Of a stretch of 64,000 bases of DNA, positions 12,201 through 24,200 are shown piece after piece (the first letter of the stretch is position 1; every line of letters begins with the position of its first letter). Source of the stretch: Utricularia gibba (Eukaryota; Plantae; Magnoliophyta); contig NEEC01000247.1 of assembly GCA_002189035.1 (NCBI GenBank), positions 4,710 through 68,709 of the forward strand, in the 5' to 3' direction. Made by a program: the position numbers and the translations under genes. Under the pieces are notes generated by a model. The model did no database searches and was not told the origin of the DNA. It worked only from the letters and a program-made list of their open reading frames with translations.

Positions 12201-15200
12201 AGTGCCCCTCGAGAGCGCCTCCTCAAATAAAAAGTATGTGGTTGGAAAACCATTTGGGGTGCTCATGACATCCTAACTTCAATAAATGCATCACGATTTT
12301 CGTTGAATAGGACCCGAGGGCGCAGGAGTCGAACCGAACCTTGGGTCCGGATGAACTTCCCAACGAAAGCACCCACCCAAAAACGACAAGCTTTCCTTTC
12401 AGAAACAATGTAGGCAGCTGCCGAAAACCCAACGTTAATAAATGGATCACTTTTTTTGCCGGGCTACAAATGACTATGGGCCCGATTTCGACAAGACCTC
12501 CGGCCAGATCCTAGTGCCCCTCGAGAGCGCCTCCTCAATAAAAAAGTATGTGGTTGGAAAACCATTTGGGTGCTCATGACATCCTAACTTCAATAAATGC
12601 ATCACGATTTTCGTTGAATAGGACCCGATTGGCGCAGGAGTCGAACCGAACCTTGGGTCCGGATGAACTTCCCAACGAAAGCACCCACCAAAAACGACAA
12701 GCTTTTCCTTCAGAAACCATGTAAGCAGCTGCCGAAAACCCAACGTTAATAAATGGATCACTTTTTTCCCGGGCTACAAATGACTATGGGCCCGAGCCCG
12801 ACCCGACCTCCGGCCCTAGTGCCCCTCGAGAGCGCCTCCTCAAATAAAAGCTTGTGGATGAGAAAACCATTTGGGGTGCTCATGACATCCTAACTTCAAT
12901 AAATGCATCACGATTTTCGTTGAATAGGACCCGATTGGGCTCAGGAGTCGAACCGAACCTTGGTCCGGATGAACTTCCCAACGAAAGCACCCACCCAAAA
13001 ACGACAAGCTTTTCTTCAGAAACAATGTAGGCAGCTGCCGAAAACCCAACGTTAATAAATGGATCACTTTTTTTGCCGGGCTACAAATGACTATGGGCCC
13101 GATTTCGACAAGACCTCCGGCCAGATCCTAGTGCCCCTCGAGAGCGCCTCCTCAAATAAAAAGTATGTGGTTGGAAAACCATTTGGTGCTCATGACATCC
13201 TAACTTCAATAAATGCATCACGATTTTCGGAATAGGACCCGATTGGGCGCAGGAGTCGAACCGAACCTTGGGTCCGGATGAACTTCCCAACGAAAGCACC
13301 CACCCAAAAACGACAAGCTTTTTTTAAACTGCCGAAAACCCAACGTTAATAAATGGATCACTTTGCTTGACTAAACCCGACCTCCGGCCGATCCTAGTGC
13401 CCCTCGAGAGCGCCTCCTCAAATAAAAGTTGTGGATGAGAAAACCATTTGGGGTGCTCATGACATCCTAACTTCAATAAATGCATCACGATTTTCGTGAA
13501 TAGGACCCGATTGGGCTCAGGAGTCGAAAAAACCTTGGTCCGGATGAACTTCCCAACGAAAGCACCCACCCAAAAACGACAAGCTTTTCCTTCAGAAACA
13601 ATGTAGGCAGCTGCCGAAAACCCAACGTTAATAAATGGATCACTTTTTTTTGCCGGGCTACAAATGACTATGGGCCCGATTTCGACAAGACCTCCGGCCA
13701 GATCCTAGTGCCCCTCGAGAGCGCCTCCTCAAATAAAAAGTATGTGGTTGGAAAACCATTTGGGTGCTCATGACATCCTAACTTCAATAAATGCATCACG
13801 ATTTTCGTGAATAGGACCCGATTGGGCTCAGGAGTCGAACCGAACCTTGGTTCCGGATGAACTTCCCAACGAAAGCACCCACCAAAAACGACAAGCTTTT
13901 CCTTCAGAAACAATGTAGCAGCTGCCGAAAACCCAACGTTAATAAATGGATCACTTTTTTTGCCGGGCTACAAATGACTATGGGCCCGAGCCCGACGACC
14001 TCCGGCCGATCCTGGTGCCCCTCGAGAGCGCCTCCTCAAATAAAAAAGTTGTGGATGAGAAAACCATTTGGGGTGCTCATGACATCCTAACTTCAATAAA
14101 TGCATCACGATTTTCGTTGAATAGGACCCGATTGGGCGCAGGAGTCGAACCGAACCTTGGGTCCGGATGAACTTCCCAACGAAAGCACCCACCCAAAAAC
14201 GACAAGCTTTTCCTTCAGAAACCATGTAAGCAGCTGCCGAAAACCCAACGTTAATAAATGGATCACTTTTTTCCCGGGCTACAAATGACTATGGGCCCGA
14301 GCCCGACCCGACCTCCGGCCCGATCCTAGTGCCCCTCGAGAGCGCCTCCTCAAAATAAAGCTGTGGGATGAGAAAACCATTTGGGGTGCTCATGACATCC
14401 TAACTTCAATAAATGCATCACGATTTTCGTCGAATAGGACCCGATCGGGCTCAGGAGTCGAACGAACCTTGGGTCCGGATGAACTTCCCAACGAAAGCAC
14501 CCACCCAAAAACGACAAGCTTTTCCTTCAGAAACAATGTAGGCAGCTGCCGAAAACCCAACGTTAATAAATGGATCACTTTTTTTCCGGGCTACAAATGA
14601 CTATGGGCCCGAGCCCGACCCGACCTCCGGCCCGATCCTGGTGCCCCTCGAGAGCGCCTCCTCAAATAAAAGCTTGTGGATGAGAAAACCATTTGGGTGC
14701 TCATGACATCCTAACTTCAATAAATGCATCACGATTTTCGTTGAATAGGACCCGATTGGGCGCAGGAGTCGAACCGAACCTTGGGTCCGGATGAACTTCC
14801 CAACGAAAGCACCCACCCAAAAACGACAAGCTTTTCCTTCAGAAACAATGTAGGCAGCTGCCGAAAACCCAACGTTAATAAATGGATCACTTTTTTTTGC
14901 CGGGCTACAAATGACTATGGGCCCGATTTCGACAAGACCTCCGGCCGATCCTAGTGCCCCTCGAGAGCGCCTCCTCAAATAAAAAGTTGTGGTTGAGAAA
15001 ACCATTTGGGGTGCTCATGACATCCTAACTTCAATAAATGCATCACGATTTTCGTTGAATAGGACCCGATTGGGGCAGGAGTCGAACCGAACCTTGGGTC
15101 CGGATGAACTTCCCAACGAAAGCACCCACCCAAAAACGACAAGCTTTTCCTTCAGAAACCATGTAAGCAGCTGCCGAAAACCCAACGTTAATAAATGGAT

Positions 15201-18200
15201 CACTTTTTTCCCGGGCTACAAATGACTATGGCCCGAGCCCGACCCGACCTCCGGCCCGATCCTGGTGCCCCTCGAGAGCGCCTCCTCAAATATAAAGCTT
15301 GTGGATGAGAAAACCATTTGGGGTGCTCATGACATCCTAACTTCAATAAATGCATCACGATTTTCGTCGAATAGGACCGATGGGCTCAGGAGTCGAACAG
15401 AACCTTGGGTCCGGATGAACTTCCCAACGAAAGCACCCACCCAAAAACGACAAGCTTTTCCTTCAGAAACAATGTAGGCAGCTGCCGAAAACCCAACGTT
15501 AATAAATGGATCACTTTTTTTGCCGGGCTACAAATGACTATGGGCCCGATTTCGACAAGACCTCCGGCCAGATCCTAGTGCCCCTCGAGAGCGCCTCCTC
15601 AAATAAAAAGTATGTGGTTGGAAAACCATTTTGGGGTGCTCATGACATCCTAACTTCAATAAATGCATCACGATTTTCGTTGAATAGGACCCGATTGGGC
15701 GCAGGAGTCGAACCGAACCTTGGGTCCGGATGAACTTCCCAACGAAAGCACCCACCCAAAAACGACAAGCTTTTCCTTCAGAAACCATGTAGGCAGCTGC
15801 CGAAAACCCAACGTTAATAAATGGATCACTTTTTTCCCGGCTACAAATGACTATGGGCCCGAGCCCGACCCGACCTCCGGCCCGATCCTGGTGCCCCTCG
15901 AGAGCGCCTCCTCAAATATAAAGCTTGTGGATGAGAAAACCATTTGGGGTGCTCATGACATCCTAACTTCAATAAATGCATCACGATTTTCGTGAATAGG
16001 ACCCGATTGGGCTCAGGAGTCGAACCTTGGGTCCGGATGAACTTCCCAACGAAAGCACCCACCCAAAAACGACAAGCTTTTCCTTCAGAAACAATGTAGG
16101 CAGCTGCCGAAAACCCAACGTTAATAAATGGATCACTTTTTTGCCGGGCTACAAATGACTATGGGCCCGATTTCGACGACCTCCGGCCCGATCCTAGTGC
16201 CCCTCGAGAGCGCCTCCTCAAATAAAAGCTTGTGGTTGAGAAAACCATTTGGGGTGCTCATGACATCCTAACTTCAATAAATGCATCACGATTTTCGTCG
16301 AATAGGACCCGATTGGGCTCAGGAGTCGAACAGAACCTTGGGTTCGGATGAACTTCCCAACGAAAGCACCCACCCAAAAACGACAAGCTTTTCCTTCAGA
16401 AACAATGTAGGCAGCTGCCGAAAACCCAACGTTAATAAATGGATCACTTTTTTTGCCGGGCTACAAATGACTATGGGCCCGATTTCGACAAGACCTCCGG
16501 CCGATCCTAGTGCCCCTCGAGAGCGCCTCCTCAAATAAAAAAGTTGTGGTTGGAAAACCATTTGGGGTGCTCATGACATCCTAACTTCAATAAATGCATC
16601 ACGATTTTCGTTGAATAGGACCCGATTGGGCGCAGGAGTCGAACCGAACCTTGGGTCCGGATGAACTTCCCAACGAAAGCACCCACCCAAAAACGACAAG
16701 CTTTTCCTTCAGAAACCATGTAAGCAGCTGCCGAAAACCCAACGTTAATAAATGGATCACTTTTTTTCCCGGGCTACAAATGACTATGGGCCCGAGCCCG
16801 ACCCGACCTCCGGCCCGATCCTGGTGCCCCTCGAGAGCGCCTCCTCAAATATAAAGCTTGTGGATGAGAAAACCATTTGGGGTGCTCATGACATCCTAAC
16901 TTCAATAAATGCATCACGATTTTCGTCGAATAGGACCCGATTGGGCTCAGGAGTCGAAACGAACCTTGGGTCCGGATGAACTTCCCAACGAAAGCACCCA
17001 CCCAAAAACGACAAGCTTTTCCTTCAGAAACAATGTAGGCAGCTGCCGAAAACCCAACGTTAATAAATGGATCACTTTTTTTGCCGGGCTACAAATGACT
17101 ATGGGCCCGAGCCCGACCCGACCTCCGGCCGATCCTAGTGCCCCTCGAGAGCGCCTCCTCAAATAAAAGTTGTGGTTGAGAAAACCATTTGGGGTGCTCA
17201 TGACATCCTAACTTCAATAAATGCATCACGATTTTCGTTGAATAGGACCCGATTGGGCGCAGGAGTCGAACCGAACCTTGGGTCCGGATGAACTTCCCAA
17301 CGAAAGCACCCACCCAAAAACGACAAGCTTTCCTTCAGAAACATGTAGGCAGCTGCCGAAAACCCAACGTTAATAAATGGATCACTTTTTTCCCGGGCTA
17401 CAAATGACTATGGGCCCGAGCCCGACGACCTCCGGCCGATCCTGGTGCCCCTCGAGAGCGCCTCCTCAAATAAAGCTTGTGGATGGAAAAACCATTTGGG
17501 GTGCTCATGACATCCTAACTTCAATAAATGCATCACGATTTTCGTTGAATAGGACCCGATTGGGGCAGGAGTCGAACCGAACCTTGGGTCCGGATGAACT
17601 TCCCAACGAAAGCACCCACCCAAAAACGACAAGCTTTTCCTTCAGAAACAATGTAAGCAGCTGCCGAAAACCCAACGTTAATAAATGGATCACTTTTTTC
17701 CCGGGCTACAAATGACTATGGGCCCGAGCCCGACCCGACCTCCGGCCCGATCCTAGTGCCCCTCGAGAGCGCCTCCTCAAATAAGCTTGTGGATGAGAAA
17801 ACCATTTGGGGTGCTCATGACATCCTAACTTCAATAAATGCATCACGATTTTCGTCGAATAGGACCCGATTGGGCTCAGGAGTCGAACCGAACCTTGGGT
17901 CCGATGAACTTCCCAACGAAAGCACCCACCCAAAAACGACAAGCTTTTCCTTCAGAAACAATGTAGGCAGCTGCCGAAAACCCAACGTTAATAAATGGAT
18001 CACTTTTTTTGCCGGGCTACAAATGACTATGGGCCCGACGACCAAGACCTCCGGCCGATCCTAGTGCCCTCGAGAGCGCCTCCTCAAATAAAAAGTATGT
18101 GGTTGGAAAACCATTTGGGGTGCTCATGACATCCTAACTTCAATAAATGCATCACGATTTTCGTTGAATAGGACCCGATTGGGCGCAGGAGTCGAACCGA

Positions 18201-21200
18201 ACCTTGGGTCCGGATGAACTTCCCAACGAAAGCACCCACCCAAAAACGACAAGCTTTTCCTTCAGAAACCATGTAAGCAGCTGCCGAAAACCCAACGTTA
18301 ATAAATGGATCACTTTTTTCCCGGGCTACAAATGACTATGGGCCCGAGCCCGACCCGACCTCCGGCCCGATCCTGGTGCCCCTCGAGAGCGCCTCCTCAA
18401 ATATAAAGCTTGTGGATGAGAAAACCATTTGGGGTGCTCATGACATCCTAACTTCAATAAATGCATCACGATTTTCGTGAATAGGACCCGATTGGGCGCA
18501 GGAGTCGAACCGAACCTTGGGTCCGGATGAACTTCCCAACGAAAGCACCCACCCAAAAACGACAAGCTTTTCCTTCAGAAACAATAGGCAGCTGCCGAAA
18601 ACCCAACGTTAATAAATGGATCACTTTTTTTGCCGGCTACAAATGACTATGGGCCCGACCGACGACCTCCGGCCGATCCTGGTGCCCCTCGAGAGCGCCT
18701 CCTCAAATAAAAAAAGTTGTGGTTGGAAAACCATTTGGGGTGCTCATGACATCCTAACTTCAATAAATGCATCACGATTTTCGTTGAATAGGACCCGATT
18801 GGGCAGGAGTCGAACCGAACCTTGGGTCCGGATGAACTTCCCAACGAAAGCACCCACCCAAAAACGACAAGCTTTTCCTTCAGAAACCATGTAAGCAGCT
18901 GCCGAAAACCCAACGTTAATAAATGGATCACTTTTTTCCCGGGCTACAAATGACTATGGGCCCGAGCCCGACCCGACCTCCGGCCGATCCTGGTGCCCCT
19001 CGAGAGCGCCTCCTCAAATATAAAGCTTGTGGATGAGAAAACCATTTGGGGTGCTCATGACATCCTAACTTCAATAAATGCATCACGATTTTCGTCGAAT
19101 AGGACCCGATTGGGCTCAGGAGTCGAACCGAACCTTGGGTCGGATGAACTTCCCAACGAAAGCACCCACCCAAAAACGACAAGCTTTTCCTTCAGAAACA
19201 ATGTAGGCAGCTGCCGAAAACCCAACGTTAATAAATGGATCACTTTTTGCCGGGCTACAAATGACTATGGGCCCGATTTCGACAAGACCTCCGGCCAGAT
19301 CCTAGTGCCCCCTCGAGAGCGCCTCCTCAAATAAAAAGTATGTGGTTGGGAAAACCATTTGGGGTGCTCATGACATCCTAACTTCAATAAATGCATCACG
19401 ATTTTCGTTGAATAGACCCGATTGGGCGCAGGAGTCGAACCGAACCTTGGGTCCGGATGAACTTCCCAACGAAAGCCCACCCAAAAACGACAAGCTTTTC
19501 CTTCAGAAACCATGTAAGCAGCTGCCGAAAACCCAACGTTAATAAATGGATCACTTTTTTCCCGGGCTACAAATGACTATGGGCCCGAGCCCGACCGACC
19601 TCCGGCCCGATCCTGGTGCCCCTCGAGAGCGCCTCCTCAAATATAAAGCTTGTGGATGAGAAAACCATTTGGGGTGCTCATGACATCCTAACTTCAATAA
19701 ATGCATCACGATTTTCGTTGAATAGGACCCGATTGGGCGCAGGAGTCGAACCGAACCTTGGGTCCGGATGAACTTCCCAACGAAAGCACCCACCCAAAAC
19801 GACAAGCTTTTCCTTCAGAAACATGTAGCAGCTGCCGAAAACCCAACGTTAATAAATGGATCACTTTTTTTGCCGGGCTACAAATGACTATGGCCCGAGC
19901 GACCGACCTCCGGCCCGATCCTAGTGCCCCTCGAGAGCGCCTCCTCAAATAAAAAGTTGTGGTGGAAAAACCATTTGGGGTGCTCATGACATCCTAACTT
20001 CAATAAATGCATCACGATTTTCGTTGAATAGGACCCGATTGGGCGCAGGAGTCGAACCGAACCTTGGGTCCGGATGAACTTCCCAACGAAAGCACCCACC
20101 CAAAAACGACAAGCTTTCCTTCAGAAACAATGTAGGCAGCTGCCGAAAACCAACGTTAATAAATGGATCACTTTTTTTGCCGGGCTACAAATGACTATGG
20201 GCCCGATTTCGACAAGACCTCCGGCCCGATCCTAGTGCCCCTCGAGAGCGCCTCCTCAAATAAAAAGTATGTGGTTGGAAAACCATTTGGGGTGCTCATG
20301 ACATCCTAACTTCAATAAATGCATCACGATTTTCGTTGAATAGGACCCGATTGGGCGCAGGAGTCGAACCGAACCTTGGGTCCGGATGAACTTCCCAACG
20401 AAAGCACCCACCCAAAAACGACAAGCTTTTCCTTCAGAAACAATGTAGCAGCTGCCGAAAACCCAACGTTAATAAATGGATCACTTTTTTTCCGGGCTAC
20501 AAATGACTATGGGCCCGAGCCCGACCCGACCTCCGGCCCGATCCTGGTGCCCCTCGAGAGCGCCTCCTCAAATATAAAAGCTTGTGGATGAGAAAACCAT
20601 TTGGGGTGCTCATGACATCCTAACTTCAATAAATGCATCACGATTTTCGTCGAATAGGACCCGATCGGGCTCAGGAGTCGAACAGAACCTTGGGTCCGGA
20701 TGAACTTCCCAACGAAAGCACCCACCAAAAACGACAAGCTTTTCCTTCAGAAACAATGTAGCAGCTGCCGAAAACCAACGTTAATAAATGGATCACTTTT
20801 TTTCCGGGCTACAAATGACTATGGGCCCGACGACAAGACCTCCGGCCCGATCCTGTGCCCCTCGAGAGCGCCTCCTCAAATAAAAGTTGTGGTTGGAAAA
20901 CCATTTGGGGTGCTCATGACATCCTAACTTCAATAAATGCATCACGATTTTCGTTGAATAGGACCCGATTGGGCGCAGGAGTCGAACCGAACCTTGGGTC
21001 CGGATGAACTTCCCAACGAAAGCACCCACCCAAAAACGACAAGCTTTTCCTTCAGAAACAATGTAGGCAGCTGCCGAAAACCCAACGTTAATAAATGGAT
21101 CACTTTTTTCCCGGGCTACAAATGACTATGGGCCCGAGCCGACAAGACCTCCGGCCAGATCCTGTGCCCCTCGAGAGCGCCTCCTCAAATAAAAAGTTGT

Positions 21201-24200
21201 GGTTGGAAAACCATTTGGGGTGCTCATGACATCCTAACTTCAATAAATGCATCACGATTTTCGTTGAATAGGACCCGATTGGCGCAGGAGTCGAACCGAA
21301 CCTTGGGTCCGGATGAACTTCCCAACGAAAGCACCCACCCAAAAACGACAAGCTTTTCCTTCAGAAACAATGTAGGCAGCTGCCGAAAACCCAACGTTAA
21401 TAAATGGATCACTTTTTTTCCCGGGCTACAAATGACTATGGGCCCGATTTCGACAAGACCTCCGGCCGATCCTAGTGCCCCTCGAGAGCGCCTCCTCAAA
21501 TATAAAGCTTGTGGTGGAAAACCATTTGGGGTGCTCATGACATCCTAACTTCAATAAATGCATCACGATTTTCGTTGAATAGGACCCGATTGGGCGCAGG
21601 AGTCGAACCGAACCTTGGGTCCGGATGAACTTCCCAACGAAAGCACCCACCCAAAAACGACAAGCTTTTCCTTCAGAAACAATGTAGGCAGCTGCCGAAA
21701 ACCCAACGTTAATAAATGGATCACTTTTTTTGCCGGGCTACAAATGACTATGGGCCCGATTTCGACAAGACCTCCGGCCAGATCCTAGTGCCCCTCGAGA
21801 GCGCCTCCTCAAATAAAAAGTATGTGGTTGGAAAACCATTTGGGGTGCTCATGACATCCTAACTTCAATAAATGCATCACGATTTTCGTTGAATAGGACC
21901 CGATTGGGCGCAGGAGTCGAACCGAACCTTGGGTCCGGATGAACTTCCCAACGAAAGCACCCACCAAAAAAACGACAAGCTTTTCCTTCAGAAACAATGT
22001 AGGCAGCTGCCGAAAACCCAACGTTAATAAATGGATCACTTTTTTTGCCGGGCTACAAATGACTATGGGCCCGAGCGACCGACCTCCGGCCAGATCCTGT
22101 GCCCCTCGAGAGCGCCTCCTCAAATAAAAGTTGTGGATGGAAAAACCATTTGGGGTGCTCATGACATCCTAACTTCAATAAATGCATCACGATTTTCGTT
22201 GAATAGGACCCGATTGGGCGCAGGAGTCGAACCGAACCTTGGGTCCGGATGAACTTCCCAACGAAAGCACCCACCAAAAACGACAAGCTTTTCCTTCAGA
22301 AACAATGTAGGCAGCTGCCGAAAACCAACGTTAATAAATGGATCACTTTTTTTCCCCGGGCTACAAATGACTATGGGCCCGATTTCGACAAGACCTCCGG
22401 CCAGATCCTGTGCCCCTCGAGAGCGCCTCCTCAAATAAAAAAGTATGTGGTTGGAAAACCATTTGGGGTGCTCATGACATCCTAACTTCAATAAATGCAT
22501 CACGATTTTCGTTGAATAGGACCCGATTGGGCGCAGGAGTCGAACCGAACCTTGGGTCGGATGAACTTCCCAACGAAAGCACCCACCCAAAAACGACAAG
22601 CTTTTCCTTCAGAAACAATGTAGCAGCTGCCGAAAACCCAACGTTAATAAATGGATCACTTTTTTTTCCCGGGCTACAAATGACTATGGGCCCGAGCCCG
22701 ACACCTCCGCCCGATCCTAGTGCCCCTCGAGAGCGCCTCCTCAAATAAAAATTGTGGATGAGAAAACCATTTGGGGTGCTCATGACATCCTAACTTCAAA
22801 TAAATGCATCACGATTTTCGTTGAATAGGACCCGATTGGGCGCAGGAGTCGAACCGAACCTTGGGTCCGGATGAACTTCCCAACGAAAGCACCCACCCAA
22901 AAACGACAAGCTTTTCCTTCAGAAACAATGTAGGCAGCTGCCGAAAACCCAACGTTAATAAATGGATCACTTTTTTTTCCGGGCTACAAATGACTATGGC
23001 CCGAGCCGACCGACCTCCGGCCCGATCCTGTGCCCCTCGAGAGCGCCTCCTCAAATAAAAAGTTGTGGTTGAAAACCATTTGGGGTGCTCATGACATCCT
23101 AACTTCAATAAATGCATCACGATTTTCGTCGAATAGGACCCGATTGGGCAGGAGTCGAAAGAACCTTGGGTCCGGATGAACTTCCCAACGAAAGCACCCA
23201 CCAAAAACGACAAGCTTTTCCTTCAGAAACATGTAGGCAGCTGCCGAAAACCCAACGTTAATAAATGGATCACTTTTTTTCCCGGGCTACAAATGACTAT
23301 GGGCCCGATTTCGACAAGACCTCCGGCCAGATCCTGTGCCCCTCGAGAGCGCCTCCTCAAATAAAAAGTGGTTGAAAACCATTTGGGGTGCTCATGACAT
23401 CCTAACTTCAATAAATGCATCACGATTTTCGTTGAATAGGACCCGATTGGGCGCAGGAGTCGAACCGAACCTTGGGTCCGGATGAACTTCCCAACGAAAG
23501 CACCCACCAAAAACGACAAGCTTTTCCTTCAGAAACAATGTAGCAGCTGCCGAAAACCCAACGTTAATAAATGGATCACTTTTTTTCCCGGGCTACAAAT
23601 GACTATGGGCCCGAGCCCGACCCGACCTCCGGCCCGATCCTGGTGCCCCTCGAGAGCGCCTCCTCAAATAAAAGCTTGTGGTGAGAAAACCATTTGGGGT
23701 GCTCATGACATCCTAACTTCAATAAATGCATCACGATTTTCGTCGAATAGGACCCGATTGGCTCAGGAGTCGAACAGAACCTTGGGTCGGATGAACTTCC
23801 CAACGAAAGCACCCACCAAAAACGACAAGCTTTTCCTTCAGAAACAATGTAGGCAGCTGCCGAAAACCCAACGTTAATAAATGGATCACTTTTTTTGCCG
23901 GGCTACAAATGACTATGGGCCCGATTTCGACAAGACCTCCGGCCAGATCCTAGTGCCCCTCGAGAGCGCCTCCTCAAATAAAAATGTGGTTGGAAAACCA
24001 TTTGGGGTGCTCATGACATCCTAACTTCAATAAATGCATCACGATTTTCGTTGAATAGGACCCGATTGGGCGCAGGAGTCGAACCGAACCTTGGGTCCGG
24101 ATGAACTTCCCAACGAAAGCACCCACCCAAAAACGACAAGCTTTTCCTTCAGAAACAATGTAGGCAGCTGCCGAAAACCCAACGTTAATAAATGGATCAC

